From Candidatus Obscuribacteraceae bacterium (GTDB taxonomy: Bacteria; Cyanobacteriota; Vampirovibrionia; Obscuribacterales; Obscuribacteraceae): a DNA stretch of 64,000 nt. The stretch is taken from positions 96,001 to 160,000 of the forward strand of contig JBGAHS010000001.1 in the NCBI GenBank assembly GCA_044226015.1, read 5' to 3'. A program made the translations under genes and the position numbers. Below, piece by piece: positions 37,210-47,249 of the stretch (position 1 is its first letter; each line of letters opens with the position of its first letter). Below the pieces are notes generated by a model that was given only the letters and a program-made list of their open reading frames with translations, made no database searches and was not told where the DNA came from.

Positions 37210-39843
37210 CTAGGGACGAACGCGGCGTGGATAGCTGATTTCGTACAGCTCTTTGATGTCTTGAAGCAGTGCCATGCGTGGGTTTGTTCGCAAGCTCATA
37301 TCTTCGAATGAATTTTTCACGAGTTCAGGACCCGCCATAAGCACGTCGCCCGCTGGAATTCCCAGTTCCTCAATGGAGAGCGGCTGACCTAACGAGCTTA
37401 GCAAATCGAATATTGCTCTTCTAAGCAGTACGCAAAGTTCGTCGTCATTGAGTTCGGGGTGCTTGTCGGCAAGTCCCAGGAAGCGAGCTGCTCTTGCATA
37501 TTTTTTCGGAGCGACGAAATGTGTGTGGGTGGAATGCGGGGTGATTTTTCTTGGAACCTTAGAGTTGTATTCTAGAGTCGAGAGAAGGAATACACCATTG
37601 GCGCGACCGTGCGGAATATCGAATTTAGCGCCGAGGCTGTGAGCCAGAGCATGGTTCACTCCAACTGATGCGTTTCCGATTGCCATACCTGCCAGGCATG
37701 CAGCGTTGTGGAGTTTGTGTCTCCAGACAACATTTGAGCCATTCTTAATCGCTTCAGGAAGTGCTTCGAAAATCAAGCGAATGGCTTCAAGAGCGAGCCC
37801 ATCTGTATAGTCAGACGACATGATTGAAACCAGCGCTTCAAGGGCGTGAGTCAATGCGTCTACTGCTGTGTCGACCGTAATTTGCGGTGGCAAGCTGCGA
37901 GTTAGTTGTGCATCAAGAATGGCAACGTCTGGCAGTAGTGACTCGTCCACGAGAGAGAACTTCGTGTGTGAATTGGAATCTTTGAGCACCGCGAATGGTG
38001 TCACTTCAGAGCCAGTGCCTGAGGTGGTTGGAATGGCTACCAGTTGTGTAGAGGCGCCCGTTGGGAAGCGCACAACACGTTGGCGGAAGTCTAAGAATGG
38101 TGTTGCAACTTCTGAGAGTGTCAAATTCGGGTGGTCATAAAAGAGTCTCATGATTTTTGCGGCGTCCAAAACTGAGCCACCACCGAGTGCGATGATAGTG
38201 TCTGGTTGGCTCTTGCGCATCATTGCGACAGCCTTCTCAACTGTGTTGAAATCTGGCTCGACTCCGACCTGGCTGAAAACATCAACGCGACATGATTCGG
38301 GTAAGCGTTCCAACACCATTGATAAGTGACCGCGACTAGCAGCTGAACCTGATGTTACTACGAATGCTGATTTTGTTTTCAAACCGCGCAGGTGCTCGAT
38401 GCTTCCCGGGTTGATATAAATATTCTTGGTCGTCTGGAAGCTCAGTACAAAGTTCTTTCTATGCGGAACCCTCTTTAAGTTGAGCAGGTTTGCCACGCCG
38501 ACGTTGTCTGTCGTGATGTTGCCGCCGCCTGTGCCGCAGCCAAAGCTGAGGGTTGTGCTCAAGTTGTTGTAGACGCCACCAAGTCCACCAATTGACGTTG
38601 GTGAATTCACGATGACACGACCTGCGTTAATTGCCGTAGCGTATTCCTCTATCACTCGTTCATCGGTGCTGAAGATGCCCGCAGTGTGACCTGTTCCGCC
38701 AGCGTAATTTACGTCGAGTGCTCTGTTTATACCTTCTCGCTCGCTGTCGACTGCGACTACGCCGAGTACAGGCATCAATTTTTCAACTGCCAGCGGGTGG
38801 TGTCTCAGTTCTCCTTGCAGAGGACAGAGCAAAATCTTCACGTCCGGTGAGCAGTTTAAGCCTGCGGCTTCAGCGATGAGGCGGGCGGGCTGACCAACAA
38901 ACTTGTAGTTCATACCTTTGGTGCGTTGGTCGATAACAGTCTGAGCGACCTTCTCTACTTCTTCTTGCGAGCATACATAGCAGCCCAGCTTGCTGAAGGT
39001 TTCAAGAGTTTTCTCATAAATTTCCTGGTCGATGACGAGTGTTTGCTCTGATGGGCATTCGGTGCCGTTGTCGAAGGTTTTGGAGATGATTACGTCAGTA
39101 ACGGCTCCTTCGATGTAAGCAGACTTGTGAATGTAAACCGGCGTATTGCCTGCGCCTACACCAATTGCTGGTTTGCCAGAACTATGTGCTGCGCGAACCA
39201 TCTGCGTTCCACCAGTTGCAAAAATCAAGTCAACATCGGGGTGAACCATCATGAGCTCGGTTTCTTTTCTCAAGCGAGATGATTTTTCAACCCATGTGAT
39301 GAAGCCTTTCGGTGCACCCGCAGCGACGCCAGCTTCATACAACACTTTTGCAGCGAAGTTGCTGCTGTTTGCTGCCATCAAATGTGGGCTGAAGATGATG
39401 CTATTTCTGGTTTTTGCAGCGCAGAGGCTTTTGAAAATTATGGTCGAGGTAGGGTTGGTTACTGGAGACAGCGCGAGGATAACTCCCATCGGCTCTGCAA
39501 TTTCAACCATGTTGTCTTCTGGAAATTCTCGGACGATGCCAACTGTTCGCTTGTCCTTGATTTGGTTGTAGAGAAACTCTGATGCCACGAAGTCTTTCAG
39601 CATCTTATCTTCTAGCTGGCCCATTCTTGTCTCTTCGTGGGCCATTTGAGCAAACTTGTAAACGTTTTCCAGGGCTGCCAGGGTCATAGCGCGGACTATT
39701 CTGTCCACATCTTCCTGTGTCATCTGTGTGAAAACAGCGGCTGCCAGTCGGGCTTGCCGGACCATATGGTCAACATGCTCGATTAAAGATCGCTCATTCT
39801 CGGTCTTCTGATTGCCGGAGCCTACTGATTGTTGTTGTGACAT
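37210..39843 (-). CDS. adhE: bifunctional acetaldehyde-CoA/alcohol dehydrogenase
   Basis: PVTNPTST, ATGG, KTFDNGTECPSEQ, EKL.P; Fe-ADH GGGSVLDAAK, PTTSGTGSE, DALTHALE, HALAH, HGRAN. Confidence 0.96.
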   Translation of the reverse strand: MSQQQSVGSGNQKTENERSLIEHVDHMVRQARLAAAVFTQMTQEDVDRIVRAMTLAALENVYKFAQMAHEETRMGQLEDKMLKDFVASEFLYNQIKDKRTVGIVREFPEDNMVEIAEPMGVILALSPVTNPTSTIIFKSLCAAKTRNSIIFSPHLMAANSSNFAAKVLYEAGVAAGAPKGFITWVEKSSRLRKETELMMVHPDVDLIFATGGTQMVRAAHSSGKPAIGVGAGNTPVYIHKSAYIEGAVTDVIISKTFDNGTECPSEQTLVIDQEIYEKTLETFSKLGCYVCSQEEVEKVAQTVIDQRTKGMNYKFVGQPARLIAEAAGLNCSPDVKILLCPLQGELRHHPLAVEKLMPVLGVVAVDSEREGINRALDVNYAGGTGHTAGIFSTDERVIEEYATAINAGRVIVNSPTSIGGLGGVYNNLSTTLSFGCGTGGGNITTDNVGVANLLNLKRVPHRKNFVLSFQTTKNIYINPGSIEHLRGLKTKSAFVVTSGSAASRGHLSMVLERLPESCRVDVFSQVGVEPDFNTVEKAVAMMRKSQPDTIIALGGGSVLDAAKIMRLFYDHPNLTLSEVATPFLDFRQRVVRFPTGASTQLVAIPTTSGTGSEVTPFAVLKDSNSHTKFSLVDESLLPDVAILDAQLTRSLPPQITVDTAVDALTHALEALVSIMSSDYTDGLALEAIRLIFEALPEAIKNGSNVVWRHKLHNAACLAGMAIGNASVGVNHALAHSLGAKFDIPHGRANGVFLLSTLEYNSKVPRKITPHSTHTHFVAPKKYARAARFLGLADKHPELNDDELCVLLRRAIFDLLSSLGQPLSIEELGIPAGDVLMAGPELVKNSFEDMSLRTNPRMALLQDIKELYEISYPRRVRP

Positions 39844-40181
39844 TTGTTGTACCTGGGGTTGTGTAGGGCAGCTAGGCTGCTTCTGTTTTAATCAGGGTGT
39901 TCGGTATGTTTCAGCACTGTGACCGGGTTTTGAGCTTTTGGGGCTCTGCCACGGCGCAAAATCGCTATGCAAACTGAATACCCGCTGATAATCAAAGTGT
40001 ATGGCAGGAACTAATCTATTCAGTACTATTTTAGAAAGTTTTGAGAGAAGTTTGAGAGAATAGGTTGCTTTGCGGGAAACACCACTTGGCAATAAATCGG
40101 TGACTGCCTAGAATAGGCTGGTCAGAGTGTATTCTGGCATCTGGAATGGCGCAAAATTAGGCTCGCTTAAGGTTTCTAAAG

Positions 40182-43070
40182 ATGACCGTAAACATCAGGG
40201 CGGAGAAGGTGACAGGTTCAAAAGAGCAAACGGGACAAATAACCCTGCTTTTGCTAATGGCATGTAGCGTTCAGATAGTGCCGGCAAATGCGGCAGATTT
40301 TGCACACGCTCAAAAGGTCGTAGTTCCGGCGAGTTCTTACAACCGGCACATAGACTTCAGCTCAATTCGAGAGCAATATTCGAAAACTTCAAAGACAGCG
40401 ACCAGCACATCTAAATCTGGAGCCAAACCTGCTTCGAGCAAAACCGCTTCAGTGAAGACAGCCAGCAAGGCGCCAGTCAAAACAGTTGCAAGCGCAGCGC
40501 CGAAAACTGCTGCTCCTGTTAGCTCTGCGGCTCACTCCTCGAGCGCTGTGCACGCAGTTTCAAGCGCGTCTCATGCCGCTTCGACTGCCCCTAAGCCTTT
40601 GAGCAGCCGCACCTTGGGTGAACTGGCACAGTCATTCAAAGAAAAAGTTCCTTCGTCTCTTGTGACCAAAATGAAGGCTCAAGCTGAAGCTCTTCAGAAG
40701 AGTGGCAAGCTAGATGAAGCTCAAAGAGTTTGGACGAAGATTGTTCAGATGAAGCCAGAGGACAAGGCCGCACTCCAGCAGGTTGCCGCAGTATCTGTTC
40801 AACGAGCCAAAAACTACGTCAGCTCAAACAAGTTGCCAGAGGCTTTATTGGCAGCACGACAGGCTTTGGCTGCAAACCCATCTGACACAGAAGCTCATTC
40901 TTTGCTTTCTGATCTATATAAGAAGGTAGGAGTCGACCCCAACAATATCAACAGCCGCTTGCAAACGGCGCACAGTCTCTATTCGCAGGGACGCTATCAG
41001 GAAGCTGAAGTCGAGTATCGAGCTTCGCTGAATGTGAAAGCGACCCCTGATGCGCATATAGGCTTGGGCAAAGTCGCCCAGAAATTACAGGGTGACACGG
41101 CTGGCAAGGCTCATTTCGAGCATGCGTTGGAGCTGGACTCTAATAGTTCTGCGGCTCATCGAGAGCTTGGTGTTCATCATTTCAAATCGGGCGACCTTGT
41201 GTCTGCCAACTCTGAATTGAGTCGTGCGCTGATTTTAGACCCCAAAGACAAAGATGCAGGTCAGTCGTTGGTGAATCTATGGCAGGGGCAAGTGTCGAAG
41301 ATGCCGAATGCTAACTCACACCTGGGGCTGGCGCGTGCCTATCAGTTGAGTGGCGACTTGCCCTCGGCTCAGGCTGAGTACCGCGAAGTTGTTCGCATTG
41401 ATCCGAACCATCCATCTTTGGCAGCTGCAAGGCAGAGTTTCAAGATTGCCCTGGCGAAGCAACAGGCGGAAAAGGCCGTTACTGCCGCTAAGACTCTTGA
41501 GTCACAGGGTGTTATTAATGAAGCCTACCAGAAGATGACCGAGGCTGTTGGCTTTGCACCGGGTAATAGTGCCTACAAGATTTATCAAGGTGAACTGCTT
41601 GAGAAAATGGGGCAGACTGCGCAGGCGAAGCAAATTTATCTCACTGTTCTAAAGGATGACCCGCAGAATTTGACAGCGGTTCAGAAAATTAAGTCTCTCG
41701 GTTCAGTGGCGGTTGCAGCAGCTGCAACCGGACTTGGTGCTGCAGGGCTCGCTGGTGGAGGATTGAGCGCGGGCTTGCTTCCAGGTGGAAGCGGAGCCAT
41801 AGGTCAGCCATATGGATTTCCGGGAACAAAGTTTCCTCTCGATATGACTGCTGATTCAAGCATGCTGTCTGCAACGGGTGCTCAAGTTGACCATGTTGGC
41901 GTGCTCTCCAATTTCATGACTGATGTTCGTAACCACATGTTGACCACGAATGTCACAAACAAAAAGGCGGAAGATGCAGCGCATAAAATCATCAAGCAGT
42001 TGACAGACCCAGATCCTGAACCTGTTGCCAGCGGTGCAGGTGGTGGTGCCTCGGCTGCAGGGCAATCTGACGACGACATTATAAAGAAAATTTTGGCAAG
42101 TCCCTCTCCATCAGCAAGTGCATCGAGTTCATCTGCTGAGTCTGGAGCCGCTTCGGCTCTAGCAAGTGCTGCTGCTGCTCTGGCTGCTGCAAAAGGTGGT
42201 GCTGTAAGTTCACCTGCTGCAAGTTCGGCTGCGAAATCTGCACCATCTGCGGTGCCTGCGGCGACAAAGCCTTTGACGAAATCGTCTGCTTTGCCAAGCA
42301 CAAATAGCAATCAGCTTGCTGAGCTGCAAAGGCAGAACCAACAATTGCAAGAGCAATTGAAGTCTCTTCAAGCTCAGGCGCAAACAAATGCTATGCCGAT
42401 GCAGGCACCAGCAAATAGCATGGTTTCTGCTGGCGGAACGCAAGTTGGTGGATTTCCTCAAGTAGCTCCAAGCTTTAACCCCTCTTCGAGTCTTCCGGGA
42501 CAGTTGCCTTATGCAGCTGCATCAAGTCTTCCGGGACAGTTGCCTTATGCAGCTGCAGATAGTATTCCTGGACAATTACCTTATGCTGCAGATTCAACTC
42601 TGGCAATGGCATCTCCATTGGGTGCTGTTGCCGCTAATTCTTCGCTGCAACACGTGCCGGCGGGGTTTTCAGATTTTGCTGTTGCACCGCCGTCGGAAGC
42701 GACGGCGCCACAGTTGCGTGGTATGTCTTTAATTGGTAATTCTTCTTCGAGCCCTGTGAAATTTGAGTTGAAGAATATAAAACCCACATTGACTCATGTT
42801 CAGCTCAAAGTGGCTCTGACTAACGATTCTGGTTCTGCGCTCGAAATACCTGGAAATCTTCAGGCTGTTGTGAAATATCCAAATCAATCGGAATCTGAGA
42901 TGAAGATTGCGTTTGATTCGAAGACTGTGCCTGCTCATGGCGCGGTCGAGGGAGTCGTGAAAGTTCCATTCAATAAAGTGGATCCATCGGCTGATATGGT
43001 TTTGCGTAATCTGATTCCAAATCAGGAACTGCACATCATCAAGACTGGTGTGACAGTGGCTCAGCAATAA
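40182..43070 (+). CDS. exported TPR-repeat protein with Ser/Ala-rich linkers
   Basis: Multiple TPR units (ALAANPSDTEAH, ALELDSNSSAAHRELG, ALILDPKD) and a signal-like segment ending ANA. Confidence 0.88.
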   Translation: MTVNIRAEKVTGSKEQTGQITLLLLMACSVQIVPANAADFAHAQKVVVPASSYNRHIDFSSIREQYSKTSKTATSTSKSGAKPASSKTASVKTASKAPVKTVASAAPKTAAPVSSAAHSSSAVHAVSSASHAASTAPKPLSSRTLGELAQSFKEKVPSSLVTKMKAQAEALQKSGKLDEAQRVWTKIVQMKPEDKAALQQVAAVSVQRAKNYVSSNKLPEALLAARQALAANPSDTEAHSLLSDLYKKVGVDPNNINSRLQTAHSLYSQGRYQEAEVEYRASLNVKATPDAHIGLGKVAQKLQGDTAGKAHFEHALELDSNSSAAHRELGVHHFKSGDLVSANSELSRALILDPKDKDAGQSLVNLWQGQVSKMPNANSHLGLARAYQLSGDLPSAQAEYREVVRIDPNHPSLAAARQSFKIALAKQQAEKAVTAAKTLESQGVINEAYQKMTEAVGFAPGNSAYKIYQGELLEKMGQTAQAKQIYLTVLKDDPQNLTAVQKIKSLGSVAVAAAATGLGAAGLAGGGLSAGLLPGGSGAIGQPYGFPGTKFPLDMTADSSMLSATGAQVDHVGVLSNFMTDVRNHMLTTNVTNKKAEDAAHKIIKQLTDPDPEPVASGAGGGASAAGQSDDDIIKKILASPSPSASASSSSAESGAASALASAAAALAAAKGGAVSSPAASSAAKSAPSAVPAATKPLTKSSALPSTNSNQLAELQRQNQQLQEQLKSLQAQAQTNAMPMQAPANSMVSAGGTQVGGFPQVAPSFNPSSSLPGQLPYAAASSLPGQLPYAAADSIPGQLPYAADSTLAMASPLGAVAANSSLQHVPAGFSDFAVAPPSEATAPQLRGMSLIGNSSSSPVKFELKNIKPTLTHVQLKVALTNDSGSALEIPGNLQAVVKYPNQSESEMKIAFDSKTVPAHGAVEGVVKVPFNKVDPSADMVLRNLIPNQELHIIKTGVTVAQQ
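42489..42593 (+). repeat. 36-bp coding repeat x3 (SLPGQLPYAAA)
   Basis: AGTCTTCCGGGACAGTTGCCTTATGCAGCTGCA at 42489 and 42525, degenerate copy at 42561. Confidence 0.9.
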
Positions 43071-43435
43071 TTTTCACTTAGCCCCGGCTTTTACAAGTAA
43101 CTGTATTATTTTTTTCGCGCTCGATCTTGGATGCATGGCTTCCTGTGCCGCTGCGTCCTGAGCTGGCTTTAGCTAGCCTGATTGGCGAAGTGCCTGCGGC
43201 ATTCTTGAGATTTACATCCGCAGCATGCGCAATCAATGCTTCAACTGCGCCTGTGCAACGAGAGCGTACTGCTCGATGAATCGGAGCTACTCCGCTTTGA
43301 CTCGTTGGGATCCGTATTGAATCCCCCGGTTAAAGTGACCGGAATTCTTGTGCTGCAAGGGCTTTACATTTAAGTGCGTAAGCTCAGGGAACGGGTACAA
43401 AGTGCTAGAAAGTTCCTGTCTTTGAAAGGTTCTAC

Positions 43436-45295
43436 ATGTCAGCAAGGGGTTTGCGCTTATTAATATCGGTCATGCTTGTTTTTGGGATTTTCGTCTACAT
43501 TCTTTCGACCCAAATGAATGCGCTAGTTCCGGTGAAGTCTGCTGATGAAGGATTGCTCGGCGGTCCACTGCCGGGCTTGACCAAGTGGCAATTGGAAAAA
43601 TTCAAGGAGGGAAAAGAGCTTTTTGCGAAGAATTTTTCGCCGCAGGAAGGGCTTGGTCCTCTATATAACGGCAGCTCATGCGTTCAGTGCCATTCCGAAC
43701 CAATGATGAAGGCGCTTGACCCGGCTAAATCGTTGAGCAAAGATGATGCATCAGGAAAAGCTGTGGTGGCGAGTGGTGCTAGTAAGAATATGGGCTCGTC
43801 GAGTGATACTAAATCTGGTGTCATTGCTGAGGTGGGTAAGGCTGAGGAAAGCAAATCTAAGGCAGAATCAGATACTAGCAAATCGCTCAAATCGACTGAG
43901 AAGAATGCTGGTGAAAGTAAAGCTGGCGCTAAAGATGCTGTAAAAAACTCAGACACGCTGTCAGTGAAGAGCAAAGGCGAGAATGTTGATAGTCAAATCA
44001 AATCCTCTGCTAAAGAAGGTTCAAAAGCTTCCAAAGGTAGTGAGAAGGATAAGGTCAAAGGTGATGGCAGATTAAAAGGCGTCGACAAGAAGCCTGCTGT
44101 CACTGCAGGTGGTGGCGACTTGCCTTCGCCGGTTTTGTCGATGGAGCCAAGCTTTCCTGAGCTGGCACAACAGACCGTATACTTAGTGGCAAAGCGAGAC
44201 GAGAAAGGACGGTATGCAAGCGAGCCGATAAGTTCGTTGTTGAGTAAAGCCGAATTGAAAGACCTGGAGCGGATGATTCGTAAAGGTGGACCAATTCTCG
44301 TGCGCAAATCTATCAGTGAAGAAAAGCTGGTTGCTGTACCAGCTGATTGCAAGATTGATTCTGCCAAGAAATTGCCTGAAGGTACTGAATTCCTGTCGAA
44401 GCGTGTGGCTCATCAATTGTATGGACTGGGGTTGGTTGATAGTGTTGCAGATGGTGCCATTAACTATAATGCGGCCAGGCAGCGCATGCTCAAAAACGGA
44501 CCCCACGGTCGAGCAGTAGGACTTCAACGTACTTACTATGTAAATCCGACGTTTGGGCGCTTTGGTTCGAAGGCTCAATTTAGCTCTGTAATGAATTGCG
44601 TTGGAAACGAGATGGGCGTTAACCTTGGACTAAGTAATCCGCTGTTTCCGCATACACTTTCTCTTGCTGGGCTTGATGCAGAACCGCCATGTTTTAAGAC
44701 TTTAGCTGCATCACCCAATGACAAAGGCGCAACGCTGTTGAAAATCAATTTTTATTTGCTTACACTATCCCCGCCTCCCCGAGGACCTCGCAATCAGCAG
44801 GTCGAAAAGGGTGAACGTCTGTTTTCTAAAATGGGATGTGCTGTTTGCCATCTCCCCGAAATGAGAACACCGGAGAAGGTCATGGTGATGAATCCAGACG
44901 GCGATGTCGAGCAGGGGTTCGCGGGGTTGAGAGAGGCGCCTCCATTCATCTCAAGCGAGCAAAATCGTTTTGGCATATCTGCTGAGCCTAAGTGCATTGA
45001 GTTGCGAGCGCTGGAGAAAAAGGTATTTTATCCCTATTCTGATTTCCTTGTGCACGACATGGGCGCAGCTCTTGCAGACGGTGTTGCACAGAATGGCACT
45101 ACAGGCGGTGAATGGAAAACTGCTGCGCTATGGGGGCTGCGTCATCGAAAAGTTTACTTGCATGATGGACGGGCACGTACTTTGAACGCTGCTATCCAGG
45201 CACATGGTGGTGACGGTAAGCATGCCTCTGACGAGTTCGCTAAGCTCACTGATTCTGAAAAGGAATCGCTTACGGCATTTTTGCAGAGTCTTTAG
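43436..45295 (+). CDS. di-heme oxidoreductase (DHOR) family c-type cytochrome
   Basis: GLGPLYNGSSCVQCH, GCAVCH, YSDFLVHDMG, WKTAALWGL, YLHDGRA..L..AI.AHGG. Confidence 0.9.
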   Translation: MSARGLRLLISVMLVFGIFVYILSTQMNALVPVKSADEGLLGGPLPGLTKWQLEKFKEGKELFAKNFSPQEGLGPLYNGSSCVQCHSEPMMKALDPAKSLSKDDASGKAVVASGASKNMGSSSDTKSGVIAEVGKAEESKSKAESDTSKSLKSTEKNAGESKAGAKDAVKNSDTLSVKSKGENVDSQIKSSAKEGSKASKGSEKDKVKGDGRLKGVDKKPAVTAGGGDLPSPVLSMEPSFPELAQQTVYLVAKRDEKGRYASEPISSLLSKAELKDLERMIRKGGPILVRKSISEEKLVAVPADCKIDSAKKLPEGTEFLSKRVAHQLYGLGLVDSVADGAINYNAARQRMLKNGPHGRAVGLQRTYYVNPTFGRFGSKAQFSSVMNCVGNEMGVNLGLSNPLFPHTLSLAGLDAEPPCFKTLAASPNDKGATLLKINFYLLTLSPPPRGPRNQQVEKGERLFSKMGCAVCHLPEMRTPEKVMVMNPDGDVEQGFAGLREAPPFISSEQNRFGISAEPKCIELRALEKKVFYPYSDFLVHDMGAALADGVAQNGTTGGEWKTAALWGLRHRKVYLHDGRARTLNAAIQAHGGDGKHASDEFAKLTDSEKESLTAFLQSL

Positions 45296-45366
45296 TCGCT
45301 GGCGAAGACCACGCATTCCCGAACAGTTTGTGTGGGAGTGTGTTGGCGCTAGGAACTTAGATGAAT

Positions 45367-45597
45367 CTATTCTTCAAAATTTTCCCAGTAGTCGGTGCGT
45401 TCTTTCCATGCGCAACCATCGTTTCCGCAGATGAGAGTTACCCTTGCTCCGTGAGAATCGATTTCTTGAATATTGAAACCGTCGCGCACGGCATCAATGG
45501 TTTCTGCATATTTCTCAAATTTTGAAATTGGCTTCTTGCATTTAGGGCAAAATAATTTTTTGCCTTCCAAAGCGCTTTTGAATTCCTGCAGCGACAT
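45367..45597 (-). CDS. small zinc-ribbon-like protein
   Basis: CPKC...CGNDGC; AAGGAA RBS. Confidence 0.7.
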   Translation of the reverse strand: MSLQEFKSALEGKKLFCPKCKKPISKFEKYAETIDAVRDGFNIQEIDSHGARVTLICGNDGCAWKERTDYWENFEE

Positions 45598-45880
45598 ATT
45601 GGCTTCTATTCCTTTCCGAACCTTGTTTAGCCCATCAGTATACTCTGCATGCCAACTTTTTTCATAAGTAAGGCGATAAGTAAGGCGCTAAACCGTCCTG
45701 AATCGATAATGGTCAAGAGTCGGGGGCTATGTTCATCTAGACAGTTTGATAAGACCACCGTTCTTCCCGTGCCAGGATTTGCATACGCTAATGCAAATTC
45801 ATGTTTCGCCCCGAATATGACCCGAGACTGACCTTAATTTGCTCCTTAGCTGAACTAAAGTAGGCTGGTCGGGGTTGGAG

Positions 45881-46282
45881 ATGAAGCTCATGATGAAGCT
45901 ATTGAAATTATTGTCCGTGGTAATTGCTATTGGCTCGCTATCCGCCTGCAGTGGATTCACGCTGGAAGAGAAGATTCATCTAGACAATGGGGTGACCCGC
46001 ACTGATGTTCCGAAATACCAGGCTACGCTTCTTGATTCAGAGTCACTGCACATAATTTCGGCGCAGACCTCACCCATTAACGTTACTACTGATGTGAAGC
46101 GTTGTCCTAATTCGCATTTACTTTGTGCGTCAGATCAAAATGGTTTTGAAGGTTTTTACAAAATTGGCGAAGCTAATAACATTGTTGAGTCTAAAGAAGT
46201 TGCCGTTGTAGTAACAGCAATCTTTCTGCTTATGGCTCTCGCAATAGCATTCAATGCTACAAGAATCATCGTGAGTTTATGA
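45881..46282 (+). CDS. putative lipoprotein with C-terminal TM segment
   Basis: Lipobox-like LSA-C and hydrophobic C-terminus. Start is uncertain. Confidence 0.55.
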   Translation: MKLMMKLLKLLSVVIAIGSLSACSGFTLEEKIHLDNGVTRTDVPKYQATLLDSESLHIISAQTSPINVTTDVKRCPNSHLLCASDQNGFEGFYKIGEANNIVESKEVAVVVTAIFLLMALAIAFNATRIIVSL

Positions 46283-47079
46283 AGCTGCCTGCTCCTCCTG
46301 GTTTGAGTATATATGGAGACGCAATTGTATTTTGCAACAATGGGAAATCTCTTGTTTGCAAAACTGATTCAGGGCTCGCGGTTTTTCCTGATATCAAGTC
46401 GCATCACTACATTACCATTGAGTGTCGTGTGCGTTGTCTGTTTTTAGATGCTGAATCCACCGATGTATTCATTTTGACTAGTGATGAGGGCAGTTCCAGT
46501 TATCGTCTGGACAAAATTAACGTTTTGAATGGCGCAACACAAAAGAATTTTTTCGAACTTGGTGAGTACAGCCAATCTGAGCTTCCGCCGTACAGGAAGT
46601 ATTTGTACGATGCGAAAAGCTCTCGTATTTTATTGCTTGGAGTAGCGTCGAAATCTTCAAGGCTTCTCGACTCAAATTCCGGAGAGGAAATCGCAAATTT
46701 CCAAACTGATGTTAGCGACGTCGATGTATTTGGAGGTGCTTCCGCTAATCGTTTTGCTTTGATGAATGGGCGTCTCTTCAACATGGCAAATGGGGAGTTG
46801 ATGAACATATTTTTTCTCAAGAATGCCAGGGCTGTAACGATAAGTGAGGACGGCAGCAAGTTATACATTGCAAATTTCGAAGGCGATGTTGAGCACCCCG
46901 CTGGTCGGCTAGTGGCTTTTAGCTTGGGAAAACGCGAAATCGTTGCTTCTGTTTCCTTCAAAAATACACCGCAGCAAATTCTGCCGTTAGCAGATCATAA
47001 GTTATTGGTTCTGAGTCAAACACAACCTTTCAATGCCTATCTTGGTCATTCGCATAGTTATGAGTTCAAGCTTAAATAG
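46279..47079 (+). CDS. beta-propeller-like (YncE/WD40-like) protein
   Basis: ATGA overlap with the upstream gene; AVTISEDGSKLYIAN blade motif. Confidence 0.65.
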   Translation: MKLPAPPGLSIYGDAIVFCNNGKSLVCKTDSGLAVFPDIKSHHYITIECRVRCLFLDAESTDVFILTSDEGSSSYRLDKINVLNGATQKNFFELGEYSQSELPPYRKYLYDAKSSRILLLGVASKSSRLLDSNSGEEIANFQTDVSDVDVFGGASANRFALMNGRLFNMANGELMNIFFLKNARAVTISEDGSKLYIANFEGDVEHPAGRLVAFSLGKREIVASVSFKNTPQQILPLADHKLLVLSQTQPFNAYLGHSHSYEFKLK

Positions 47080-47249
47080 GGTTTCACACCCGTCTTCGAT
47101 ATGCGAGGCTGTCCGGACTTGCCTTGCTTTCTGCCGAGAAAGTGTTTCCTTCATGAGAGTAATTGTTATGTGTTTTGGATATTCATTCTGATACTATTTC
47201 TCATGGCGCCTGGCGTAGACAGGCTGTACTTCGACTACGGAAATAGAAT

